A stretch of DNA of 48,876 bases from Halocafeteria seosinensis (lineage: Eukaryota), in contig LVLI01000183.1 of assembly GCA_001687465.1 (NCBI GenBank), forward strand, positions 1-48,876, in the 5' to 3' direction. Below the pieces are notes generated by a model, which had not been told where the DNA came from, searched no databases, and saw nothing but the letters and a program-made list of their open reading frames with translations. A program made the position numbers and the translations under genes. Positions 31,401 through 40,126 of this stretch are shown piece after piece; within the stretch, counting starts at the first letter, position 1, and each line of letters begins with the position of its first letter.

Positions 31401-33687
31401 CCCCAAGCAGCAGACTGCCTTGCCGAAGCAATGTTTTGCCTTTCTTAACAGTATCATCTTTGTGGTTTAAAACGTAGCAAGGATTATGTTCTAAACTGCG
31501 CTCTACAGCTTCTCTGAAAAATTCGTCGGTAGATCCACCTCTACTAGATCGTCTCTGGCGTAGCTCACGCTGCAATGCGGCAGCGGCTTCTCTCCCTTCA
31601 GGGTCATTATTTACATCCATGTAATCCTCTACGTTTACAGATGTGGCAGTGTCTTCAACGGCTTTGCCGGTAGCACTATTAGAAGCATCAGTACTTCTAA
31701 CCATGTTGTAATTTGCGTGAGTGGCGCTGTAATAACCCCCAATATCCCATACACGACACGTGCCGTCGTCACTCACAGAAACCAGTATACTAGAAAATAC
31801 GGGATCAAACTCCAGAAAGTTGACCATTTTCGTGTGACCCACAAGTATGGCAGCGGAAGACCAGTCTTGCATGGACCAAACTCGAATTACGGCAGATGAC
31901 TCATCTGACGCCGCTGCCACATACTGGTTCGAGCTATTGACGCTGAGATCTTGAAGGACGCCATCCATTCCTCTGAGGGTTGCTATAAGGTGCCCATAAG
32001 TAGCAGACCACACCTTGACGAGGTTATCATCGGCACCGGAAATTACGAAGTCATTGCACATGTCGTACGCCACACAATACGCAGGCTGTCCCATGTGGCC
32101 ACTGACGGCGCCTAGCGGACTTAAGCGTTGCGTATACAACATGTGTGGTGGTGCAGAAGAGCACAGAGTCCTTCCAGTAGCACTGCGTATTTTATTATTA
32201 GGGGTCGACACCAGTCGCCCAGCCGTTGCATTGCTCATACTCGAATGCCAATCCTGTATCCTCCTAGGCCGAGGAGAGGGTGTACACCGTAATTCGATCT
32301 CCCGATTCCCGAGGAAAGATACAACGTTGAAATCTTGCCCAAAAGCACTAGCATCCCGAGGCGCAGTAGAAGACAGTCTTCCAGTTAAGCCAGTTTCCGT
32401 TTGAGGAAGAGTAAACGTACTTGCACCCTTCTTCGTATTTAACAATGGCTCCGATCTTCCTTCAACTTCAAAAGTGTCTTTACGTTTTGCCAACGTGGTT
32501 TCCGCGAAATCATACCACTCAACTTCGCGAATAATGCGTTCGCGCACACGTTTCGCCTTTGCACTTGATGTATCCTCTTGGAGATAGTGCGCTAAACGAC
32601 GTGCGGGTCGCATAATTCTCAGAATATCCCCATCCTCTACATTTAGATCTTGTTGCGATAAATCCTTGTCGTTGCGGGATACTACTATATCTGACGGGTG
32701 TGGCCGGAGTGTTGACTGGAATGGAGGAATTTCAGCGGTGACCTCCAAATCGTTATTGAATGGTTGCTTTTCAAGTATCAACTGAGATACAGGGTCGGCC
32801 TCTAACGTGCCACCATCAGCATCGACCAATTCCAGTTCACTCCCATCGTCGATTTGGGTAATTCTGCCACAATCAATGCATGCACCATAGTTCGGTAATG
32901 ATACAGACAGGTGAGAATATGCAATGGGCGGGTGGGAAGTTTTTCTCCTCGTACTGGTTTTTCGATGAAATTTCACGGCATACAGAACGCTCGGCATCCA
33001 AGAAGGACCGATGGAGCCTTCACCTGCGTTTGGGGCGCGCATCTTGCTGGTGTCAAGAAGGCGAAGGCGCGGAAAGTCCCCATGTTCTCTGAGTCTTCGA
33101 TAAAACTGGGAACCAAGCTTTCGACACCGCTCAACTAACTTCAGGTACCTGAGCCCAACTTGACGATTAAGCTGCTCCTGGAGGATCGTTGAGCAAGTTG
33201 CCCGAACGATCTGAGCGGACCCATTCTTGAAGCAATCATAAGAAGGAAGCTCCAGCTTACGACTATGAATGTTTGCAAAATTTTCCGTCAATAAAGAGAT
33301 CGGATTATCATCAACTCCGTTTTGTAGGCCGGTACGGGAAAAGTCGTGGGGAATTGTCCCCGGAGTGAAATGTTGCACGATCAAGTCTCTTAAATGCATT
33401 GGGGACACATTCTTAAGACGCCTAGCAATATCAGCAAAGGAAGGTTCCCTCTGCTCTCCGGTCCATAACAACGAAGGACGAAGCACTCCTAGCTGTTCAA
33501 GCACCGTTTCTAGTGACTGGCCGGCAGCTTGAGTTCCAGGAAGCGCGTTCAAATACCGAGCAATTAACACCAGTATCTCTGCATCCAGATTGGAAACGCC
33601 TTGTCTGCTTTCTGATTCCCCTCTCCCCCGTGTCAATTCCTGAGAATCCGCCATATGTCTTCGTGTTGCTTCCTCATTTTGATTCAT
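25414..33687 (-). CDS. BRWD: PHIP/BRWD-family bromodomain and WD40 repeat protein (2757 aa, single ORF)
   Basis: N-terminal block EILVLIARYL...LLWTGEQREPSF...PMHL resembles the BRWD N-terminus. WD40 repeats include GHMGQPAYCVAYD...ISGADDNLVKVWS and GHDGPVFVIEPSP...LSGGQDGRLNIWD. Family motif YLPQIGDDVIYFPEGH. Two bromodomains (~26440-26700 and ~25940-26220), RGRPR motif and an acidic end. Confidence 0.93.
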   Translation of the reverse strand: MNQNEEATRRHMADSQELTRGRGESESRQGVSNLDAEILVLIARYLNALPGTQAAGQSLETVLEQLGVLRPSLLWTGEQREPSFADIARRLKNVSPMHLRDLIVQHFTPGTIPHDFSRTGLQNGVDDNPISLLTENFANIHSRKLELPSYDCFKNGSAQIVRATCSTILQEQLNRQVGLRYLKLVERCRKLGSQFYRRLREHGDFPRLRLLDTSKMRAPNAGEGSIGPSWMPSVLYAVKFHRKTSTRRKTSHPPIAYSHLSVSLPNYGACIDCGRITQIDDGSELELVDADGGTLEADPVSQLILEKQPFNNDLEVTAEIPPFQSTLRPHPSDIVVSRNDKDLSQQDLNVEDGDILRIMRPARRLAHYLQEDTSSAKAKRVRERIIREVEWYDFAETTLAKRKDTFEVEGRSEPLLNTKKGASTFTLPQTETGLTGRLSSTAPRDASAFGQDFNVVSFLGNREIELRCTPSPRPRRIQDWHSSMSNATAGRLVSTPNNKIRSATGRTLCSSAPPHMLYTQRLSPLGAVSGHMGQPAYCVAYDMCNDFVISGADDNLVKVWSATYGHLIATLRGMDGVLQDLSVNSSNQYVAAASDESSAVIRVWSMQDWSSAAILVGHTKMVNFLEFDPVFSSILVSVSDDGTCRVWDIGGYYSATHANYNMVRSTDASNSATGKAVEDTATSVNVEDYMDVNNDPEGREAAAALQRELRQRRSSRGGSTDEFFREAVERSLEHNPCYVLNHKDDTVKKGKTLLRQGSLLLGDSETKVTSVSVSPLGGVIATGTQNGIVRIYSLLSSSCSQDACSKSWTVCNNVIRASDKEAVDTSSDGRSRTRVSGYGKMSNHVLHRSKHTTATGTGCTYETGGSSATSDGSTSAATVLEDAVLSPELRLVCQGHTSTVNSIAFSHSGDRVASSGAKDGTVRVWTFSRHYDDYVCLILDARRGEYATDYADLQNAFKSKDRNAIASKIRQNIEEGCNIEDLHDGSGGGVVTDSKSEVLAIGKKDSAQFWDAQSAYYSDENVGFGFCGRVGKDHSRTARSAWWKQEVPVPEIDQIAWTKDDSCIISSQRIMIETKWEDDASSYFFIRLKVWCSHTGELLRVFTGHDGPVFVIEPSPLDPHIFLSGGQDGRLNIWDCGELRTQPLTQFEFHRLEDRSDRPSLVNSSDLSVPFVPRTREAGDSSSRQRKSKTSGSDRRPFLGGAVVQLQSSTCAEGVTGFCEVHVESMSSSLDANKYHACKDMRFSSERAGVLDIKWQNDGLGFVVTDVEGRVTWFGVGGVEWSLHYHDTHATVGEDLACVASGMELRSTTQSAVCLYLVPFFQYFSLDYEPLMRDIYYNVIDRAHQVPPHQLLPEQNIGNEFFEDYPFIPEIDCCVEEKDAEDNSFEAEVVTYSSHFYQRLFCGPVRFVPQYRRSHTANRNNRLTRDCQAKNIIEALHHADRLFGARSHDSIDLKNMVESLFHHKAGSSYEGAIHIKASYGTSANRRLGRTAIRQQERRRTQPVQYLDDSSDEETSAVHLNARQSADGPLAGHVRTRMENALSQTGRAQPADSGLRHPRTMYSNRYAVLSYLQQLTRRARAFARSHSRGTSHLQDGGNSSILMEEHIESRVRCNQNGGMELASDYESDDEPHRQIAAAAAPSRSRSSRRTSRPIHLRDSMDDSAGSSDESDASADTVDNVRERSTLTASEFFEQDQLAQLFSSVVARASYDLRVAPCIRGLRIQGISHVDEAMGENLLDKCQKSLISGSMCYSAEGLNSATSGLTRLGFKPQRDESEASLEAKTFRRVTRYFNEWLLRTRPTPCNYLPQIGDDVIYFPEGHAEVLGVDYFDDGRDFSQQSGQDATIRGPSTRAKRQRETKEITVRLTSRELGIDCERAGRIDNGALGSKPSHRFPWQKWPASWRYVRCSVVAINYVFCYQQDAKDQGHSGKGRKGMAADYAVILEVTLRVSHAPTTDSSGNVSWQSVESTKVEQSDLYFRQYVGPNGCVSLPELEAKRCGNISVSSNDTLSTTLTDLRYAKYEGVNCLVLIEEFEHGMENMNRLQDGTKVEVPFIDVASALDCCEEDVFGRYGGYDILKAQQFPVESASTSAATTSWSGASSFCAILSPGLRSRSSASANSATRLDVERPSRDSQIAESMLKLANNPTLKGRLLCESIEDSVEAAASALVMRKVDALDHPKWKQQVEKKADTVLDPHVREDIWGAVSNYIVLVQELKSTFGEQFEIKSLLPVPLSKMASYYTADVSASRGKKLGDDRQRGLPCVWCSIPVTFEENGDHEFVSPWEINGPSTTDRPSKDYAGCEPSPMEQWKNHSSMVRYQFRSSLTEEQRCKALKTILELKKVPEYASFLYDVSATQFPQYSKHVPVPMSLYRIAQRLIRHYYRSLESILNDVELIRINCASFNEPDSDIIAVATACVRDFHEKFASMSLRETRGSRRAVSQPSPEPEPQLEIGENIEEIKGAVANTRIFNLSKRSLEEIAGTLPSSMTQAFHKILDWVAEADVLSVFSEPVPEDFTDYHDEIKFPQDYTTMRREIESGQYSTVQKFSAELQLIYANAIKFNEEGDKYWMLAARSFQYAAPILQAAQEKFQTPVSVDLPMIPSTLPVDIDQFIVEIVNNQGSGTTGLRNGSANDEIVLESEDSSDDSYTARRQPARRNRIRRRGQASSSPGRRRSTQRGRPRGGARGRSNSSTRRGNPRRSSRSGQSAANTNGGMRRTGRRRNTRRAAIADSGTESSEYEESSEDDDDDIELELESDE

Positions 33688-34985
33688 TCTGCCCTAGAAT
33701 TCCACCACCAAATTTCAACGTTTTCCATTCAAAGTCCTCTTCCCAAGAATTCAAGCCAAGCAAACCTAACAACAACTACTACCGCTACACCTTTGGCTGA
33801 ACTTTTTTTTTGTGACCTCCGAAACACCACCGACATTCAACGGACAAATTCCACGCTTCCTGCGCTGGAATTCAAATCACAATTCAAATGAAGCCCAACT
33901 TCAACTTCGTCCCAATGGGCCCTAAATCGCCATGAGGCATCTGCAATCCCACATCCCATTAAAGTGAAAACGGTGGATGGTACAGAAGAGCAATGAAGGA
34001 GCATGTGAATGAGATGGAAAAGAGGTAATATGGCAAGTGTTCGGATTACCGTATTCCATAGTCCCAACGGCCCCTCTAGATTACCCTTTGGGATGCACCC
34101 TCGACCTTTTTGTGCCTTTGCTTCCCCCTTGGCTCTGAGGTCTCCATTCCTCTTCCTGCCCATTCCATACAACCCACGCAATCATAAGAGCTCTCTTCTG
34201 GTAGGACGAGCATAGAGGCGCACATGAGACAGACCGGGAAGAAATTACCTACCTCTGGGACAATCAAATCTCCACATACAGCTCTATAATAAAGGAAATG
34301 CTTTCCTAGGTCCGAACAATCAAAAATTGAGGTTGAAGTTGAAGCTCTTTTGGGAGGAATCGTAGATAGATCCAGAAGCGAGGAACTGTAAGTGTATGAT
34401 GGTATATGGGCTTGTAGATGTTGTGGCGGAAGGTTCGCAAGAAATTTGGACACTTCTCTCGTAGCGTGCTCGGGTGTTTGTGCGAGAGAAAGAACTGCTG
34501 GAATCCAGATTCTACACTGCATAATGCAGTCTGCATTGAAGATGAGCGGAATCACCGGTAGAAAATGTTGATATCATTTCGTGTGGGTAGGTATTCTCTC
34601 GCAGAAATTTTTCCTGCATATATTAGTTCAAAAAGAAAATTTGGTATGCAACGGCCACATCCCATCGCACTATTGTTTGGACCAAAGAATCCTGGTTCCT
34701 TAGTGCGACCGACCCGTTAGACCTGTGCGACCTACCCTCTGAGGAAGAACTTCCGAAGAAGTCGGTACTACCCTGCCCATGCTGCAGTGTTATGCAATGC
34801 ATCCCTTTTGATTGGGGTTCGGTATCTCTCCGGCGACAGACGGAGAGAAAGAACGGAGGTAGAAACGGATTATATGGGAAATCTGATTTGAACTTGTTCT
34901 ACGCTCGCAGACCATTTCTCTTGGGGAGTGTTAACCGACAGCATATTGTTATCATTTTTGGCACCATAGACACGATTATTTGAAC

Positions 34986-36965
34986 ATGGTAGTGTCGCGG
35001 ACGGCGACCATGCACTATGACGAAACGTTGGTTGAAAATGGTGCCTCGACGACAGCGCCGCAGGCAAGAGGCGCTTGGAAGGCTTCAAGCCTAACTTTAG
35101 TCGGCCGTAAGGCAATGGAGCCATTCCGGTGTTTCGGAGGGGGGAGGGTCGCTATTAGCACCGTAATGATAATGTTGGTGATGACAGAGATAAACCCGAG
35201 TGGCCGACTAGCAGCCACGGCTTCTTCGCCTACCCCGACAGAAAGTACCGTTACGTCCTCTCCATCTGCATCACGTACGTCAGAAAGGACGCATTCGCCG
35301 ACGGCTTCTCCGAGTATGTCCATGAGTCCGTCGGCCACAATGACGGAGACAATTACGCCAAATATTACGCACTCACCCACCAGCTCGGCTTCTGCTTCAG
35401 AAACGGCAACAATTACGCCCAACATTACAGCTTCGCCGACTTCCTCAGTGACGAGTTCGAGTAGCCCCACAGCGACCGCATCTAAGACGGAAACGAGCAC
35501 CAGTACACCGGACTCTACATCGACTCCACAAGCATCTTATGTGTCAGTTACTCCCTCGTCTATTCCCGATAAGATTCCCACCACTCCCATTGGCTACGTA
35601 CGGCAGCGCGTCAGACGAGTTCAGTTTTGTGCCGAAGAAAACGATGATTCCATACCACAAAATATAGCCACAGTCCCGGTAGAAGACAGAGTTGCGCAGA
35701 CATTTTATGGAGATACATCGATAGTGTTTAGCAAGGCGGAAGAATTCCTTGAGCCAGGCCAGTCGTGCCGCACTCTGCGGATTCGAGGCCCTGGCAATAG
35801 TGATACGAATAGTGTCGGGGAGAGTATCACGATGGCCCAACAACGTCAACGTACCGGTGAGGACGACTATGTGTATATTTTAACAAGCGCCACTATTTCC
35901 TCTGTGGACGGTCCTTTGCTGCTTGCGAAGAGAACAACGGAAGGAAGGTTCGGAGTCGAAGAGGAAGGCAACTTATTGTATATTCTCGGGAAGGATGGCG
36001 AGAATTGCCCGGTAATGGGATCTATTCTGGCATACGCGTTCAACACGAAGAAGCCAACTCTGATGGCTGGTGTGAGTGAGTGTTCCGCAGGTACTACGGA
36101 GTCACCCCAAGCAGTTGTCACTTCTATAGACTCTAGTCTCGAATCGAACGCTACTATTGTAAAAAGTTTGCCCGTATTCAATCCGATGTTTGCACGCTCT
36201 CCGTGTGGAAAATATGCGCTTGCGTTTGATAGGACCCAAGTGAGGCCAATTGCTTTCGTTTGTGAGCCTGGGGATGAGGAATTCACGATATGCACATCAT
36301 TTCGCCTCTATTTGGATAACTTTAAAGCAGTGCAGTCGGCCCACTGGATGAGTGATAATTATTTAATGTTTTACGGAATCGGCGTTGCGTCGAACACCAC
36401 CACTGCCTCTGTAACTAAGCTTCGGAACTTTCCCAGTGAAAATGACCCATCGGCGGCACTCAATAACAAAAATGTGTTCGCGGAGAGGGGCAATACTGAC
36501 ATTGACCTGTCCTTGCTTAATGGATTTCCAACAGGGCAAGTCAGCATCAGGAGTGCCGCTGAAGCTCATCTTCCCGGCAGTACAGCAAGTGGAGACGAGC
36601 GGAACATATCTTTCTACTTGATTGGAAGCACCCCGAAGGGTAACTTTGCCTTTGTGCATACTATAGAAGGACTTCGGTTCTCTAGTGCTGACGATATAGG
36701 ATTCCTGAGAGATACACCGTGGATTATGGTTGTGATCGTGTCCGGCGCCGGTCTCATCGTTCTTTCAGGACTTTGCATATTGTGTGTGGTGAAGCTTGTG
36801 AAAAGGAAGTCCCCTAAACCGTACTATGAGCAACCAACAGACCAAATGTTTAAAGAGCAGACGGGGCGGAATATGTCAAGCTTCCGCCAACTGGACACTG
36901 GAGGATTTCAATCTCCCGTGAATCCTCTTGCAGCACAGAGCAGTAAGAATAATTCGCTCGGCTAA
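34986..36965 (+). CDS. Uncharacterised single-pass membrane protein with an N-terminal Ser/Thr/Pro-rich region
   Basis: 661-codon ORF (first ATG 34986; later ATGs possible). Hydrophobic segment VAISTVMIMLVM; S/T/P tract ~35220-35570 with a 60-nt internal duplication (TITPNIT.SPTSS twice); ~380-aa globular region with several Cys; TM WIMVVIVSGAGLIVLSGLCILCVV followed by KLVKRK. Confidence 0.8.
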   Translation: MVVSRTATMHYDETLVENGASTTAPQARGAWKASSLTLVGRKAMEPFRCFGGGRVAISTVMIMLVMTEINPSGRLAATASSPTPTESTVTSSPSASRTSERTHSPTASPSMSMSPSATMTETITPNITHSPTSSASASETATITPNITASPTSSVTSSSSPTATASKTETSTSTPDSTSTPQASYVSVTPSSIPDKIPTTPIGYVRQRVRRVQFCAEENDDSIPQNIATVPVEDRVAQTFYGDTSIVFSKAEEFLEPGQSCRTLRIRGPGNSDTNSVGESITMAQQRQRTGEDDYVYILTSATISSVDGPLLLAKRTTEGRFGVEEEGNLLYILGKDGENCPVMGSILAYAFNTKKPTLMAGVSECSAGTTESPQAVVTSIDSSLESNATIVKSLPVFNPMFARSPCGKYALAFDRTQVRPIAFVCEPGDEEFTICTSFRLYLDNFKAVQSAHWMSDNYLMFYGIGVASNTTTASVTKLRNFPSENDPSAALNNKNVFAERGNTDIDLSLLNGFPTGQVSIRSAAEAHLPGSTASGDERNISFYLIGSTPKGNFAFVHTIEGLRFSSADDIGFLRDTPWIMVVIVSGAGLIVLSGLCILCVVKLVKRKSPKPYYEQPTDQMFKEQTGRNMSSFRQLDTGGFQSPVNPLAAQSSKNNSLG

Positions 36966-37289
36966 ACGCTGTTGTTTGAAAATACGTCGGGTGAGGGGAC
37001 CCCACTAAATGGGTTGCATGTTGTCTATGTCAATCCCTGCACTGAGCATGTATGTTATGCATGAACCTATAATGCACGTCGCAGTGTGTAGCCGTGTATC
37101 TTGCTGGACACATGTTCCTACTTCGATGTTAAAATGCATTTGTCAGCGTCCTGTATGAGTAAAGGCACATATCCACTACTGAAAAGGCTACTTTATTTTC
37201 CACCAAACCATATACATTAAGATTCATCAATCCTCGCCCCCTTTTGATGGGAATCGGCTGGAACGACGACCTTCGACATCGTCACAAAC

Positions 37290-39590
37290 TCACTTGTGCA
37301 CGACGTAAACGTCATGTTTATCTTTATTGTATAACTTGTAGATACTGTGGAAAGGACGACCTGTAACTAGCCTGTCCGGAAAGTACTTATAGCCAATGTA
37401 GTTCACGAGGGGCATGTTGCAGTTTGACTTGGGGTTGAATTTCGGGAAAAGGTCCAGAATGACGTTCAGGAACTCTTGCATGACATCCCAACGGCCTGCG
37501 ATAAGTCCAGCATTCAGCAAGTACTTGTTTTCAGGAATGACAAACATTCGGCGTATCTCCTCGCTGAACCTGCATTTCCTAAACCTATCATTCATCCACC
37601 AATTATTCCGAAACCTGTTTGTCTCACTACCCACAAACAGCGACTTAGGCTCTTTTTGGTCAAAGAAATCAAAGGGGTTCTTAAGCATCTTCACGTCGAA
37701 GAGGTCTGAGCTCATTATGTACGTAGGGAGTGTTAGTGGCGCTCTGTTGCGCTTCAGTTGTGCCATGAATCGGTCAAAGTAGAAGAACCTTCTGTCGTTA
37801 TTCGAGACGTAGTTCGTCACTTCGCTTTCCTCATTACCTGAATAGAGAGTGTGAACATCGATGAACTTAAACCTTGGCGTCTCGTATTGGTGGATAAATC
37901 GAGCGCTGAGACCATCGTGAAAGATGTAGGACTGTACATCTGCCTCATGAGCGCTATCGTAGTATGCTCTTATTAAATCAAATTTGCCATCAGTAGAATA
38001 TGCCGTCCTCCGCTGGGGATCTTTCTCCGAAACTAGGTATGTAGTAAGTACGTATCCTTTAGGAAAGAAGAAGCACTTGAACCACTCAGCAAACTCCTTG
38101 ACCCCTTCGCTATAGGGTGTTGGGTTCAACTGTTTTCCTTCAACTTTCTGCAGGATGGTTACATCAGCAGCTTTAGTTTTGTCGAAAACAGAAATGCTCT
38201 TCAATTCGTCTACTGCAGTATTGCTGATGGAAGACTTCAACGAGTTATGTATCTCACTAACTTCCTGGGCCATACCAGAGCCAACATCGACAGCCAGCTC
38301 TGGTGAGATTTTGGATAGCTCCTTCGTGTCAAATAGTGATAGCAAAGAAAGTACGGACTTGGCCAGGTCCTTGACAAATATGAAGTCTGTACTTGAGAGA
38401 TGAACCTGCTTATCGCCATTCCCATACATTAATCCTTCCCCTATCCTCTTTAGAGGTGAAGACGAAGAACAGAGCGGTCCATATACGGAGAATAGTCTCA
38501 GCCCTAACGAGGGCATTCCATCATACTTGTAGTGAACTCGCGCTACCTCCTCTTGTGCAAATTTATTTAACGCAACCATCGTGTCGTTTACCAGGCTCGC
38601 TTTAGAACCTGTTTCCTTTGCATTCGCATATATCGTGGACGATGAAATGTATATAACGGGGATTGAATGAGAGTGGCCCTTCGTCAACTTTTTGATAACT
38701 CCAAAGAGCGTTTCATGACACTTCCGTCGGTGCTCTAGATCTCTTTTCAAAATAGTTTCACTGGAAATTGGAGGATCTATCGGATCATGAAAATGGAGGA
38801 CATGGGTAACGCCCTTTTTCAAGAGCTGCTCCACTTTCTCAGCATTGCAGATATCGGCCTGCTCCACGTCTACCGAATGTTTTTGCTGAAGACGCAGAGC
38901 GCGGTACCTCTTCATTTCTACATCATCATCAAGAGATGCGTCGAAGTCATCCACTGCTATCAGGTGCTTGCGGCGTGCGCCATCCAACGCTGTAATCGTG
39001 TGGTATCCAACAAAGCTGGCAGCTCCTGTAACTAGCAGTTTCGCATTAGAATGAGTCTCTTTCGGAAACTTCATCTCTACCTGAGCTTCAATCGGTCGAT
39101 TCGGGGACGTTTGTGTCCCTTGGTTCTTGGGTTCGACCTCTGTAGTTTTCGTTTCCCCGGCTACTCCAGGGTTTTCTGTGTTTTCTTCCTTTCTTAAATA
39201 TGAACTCAAATCTCCACTATTCGGCACTTGTGGATTTTCCGTTGCAACGTTGTCCTGCTGCTGCTGTTCCACAGGACTCTCAATTTCGTCCCTCGTGACG
39301 AAGTGATTCGCCCGCGGCAAATGGGTGGCAGAATCAAACTGGAGCATTACAAGAATCAGCGATATGACCACAACTGCCGTGCTCCCAAACAGAATCGCCC
39401 GCAAAGAAAGCCCTCGGCTCAATACTGTATGCGAAGTTCCATCTCTGGAACCCTTGGTTGTCGAGTTCGCAGCACCCGCACGGGACGAAGTCGCCGATCG
39501 CTTCACCGTTGCTCCATTTTCATGGTGGCCGTCATTTCCATTTCCTTGGTTAGATCCATCCAAGTCCTCATTTCGTTTATCAGGACCCAT
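37290..39590 (-). CDS. Type II membrane protein: degenerate NAD-dependent epimerase domain (UDP-glucuronate 4-epimerase-like, extended SDR) fused to a putative glycosyltransferase-like domain
   Basis: First ATG 39590; signal-anchor ILFGSTAVVVISLILVML. SDR motifs LLVTGAASFVGYH, ADIC, VTHVLH, IYISSSTIY, GLRLFSVYGP, DFIFVKDL, EGVKEFAEWF. C-terminal domain has NNDRRFFYF, SSDLFDV..LKNPF, LFVGSE, LLNAGLIAG, CNMPLVNY. Confidence 0.82.
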   Translation of the reverse strand: MGPDKRNEDLDGSNQGNGNDGHHENGATVKRSATSSRAGAANSTTKGSRDGTSHTVLSRGLSLRAILFGSTAVVVISLILVMLQFDSATHLPRANHFVTRDEIESPVEQQQQDNVATENPQVPNSGDLSSYLRKEENTENPGVAGETKTTEVEPKNQGTQTSPNRPIEAQVEMKFPKETHSNAKLLVTGAASFVGYHTITALDGARRKHLIAVDDFDASLDDDVEMKRYRALRLQQKHSVDVEQADICNAEKVEQLLKKGVTHVLHFHDPIDPPISSETILKRDLEHRRKCHETLFGVIKKLTKGHSHSIPVIYISSSTIYANAKETGSKASLVNDTMVALNKFAQEEVARVHYKYDGMPSLGLRLFSVYGPLCSSSSPLKRIGEGLMYGNGDKQVHLSSTDFIFVKDLAKSVLSLLSLFDTKELSKISPELAVDVGSGMAQEVSEIHNSLKSSISNTAVDELKSISVFDKTKAADVTILQKVEGKQLNPTPYSEGVKEFAEWFKCFFFPKGYVLTTYLVSEKDPQRRTAYSTDGKFDLIRAYYDSAHEADVQSYIFHDGLSARFIHQYETPRFKFIDVHTLYSGNEESEVTNYVSNNDRRFFYFDRFMAQLKRNRAPLTLPTYIMSSDLFDVKMLKNPFDFFDQKEPKSLFVGSETNRFRNNWWMNDRFRKCRFSEEIRRMFVIPENKYLLNAGLIAGRWDVMQEFLNVILDLFPKFNPKSNCNMPLVNYIGYKYFPDRLVTGRPFHSIYKLYNKDKHDVYVVHK

Positions 39591-40126
39591 TACGCTTCCT
39601 GTGGGGCATATACACTTCACTTCCGAATTTCCGTTGCTTGGATTCCTAGTGAATCCAACAATCTTTTCGTCGACTAGATTCCCACAGTTTTTCAGCCTCG
39701 TTATCGCCTACTAGCTTGCGTCCTCTCTCGTATCCACATGCAGGAATCACTAGTCTATTGAAAAGCCTAATGATCTCCAACAACTCTGACGGAAATCGGC
39801 CATGGGAAACCGTCGAAATCGGGCCTGAAAGAAAGCCTTTTTTGTCTCCTTTCTGGGCGCCCCATGCTGACAAACCTACAAAGTACCGGCCATCTACGGT
39901 CAAGTGCCGGTGCTTTCACGGGAGTGCACGGGGACCATCCCCGGACCTCACACACATGGCACGGGACTCCACCGTGCCCACTGCCACACTGGAACGAATA
40001 ATGCCATGGGATTGTACAATGAGCCCCATGCAGGTGTAGAGAAACATTTCATAGTGTAGATGAGGGTTTGTTTCCAATCTCTGGGGTACCGGAAAGGCGT
40101 CATTTTTTCGATTCCAAACGCTGAGA

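Noticed and set aside
33837..34555. Minus-strand ORFs 33837-34181 and 34076-34555 as genes
   Set aside because: No recognisable motifs, they overlap each other, and ORFs of this length can arise by chance.
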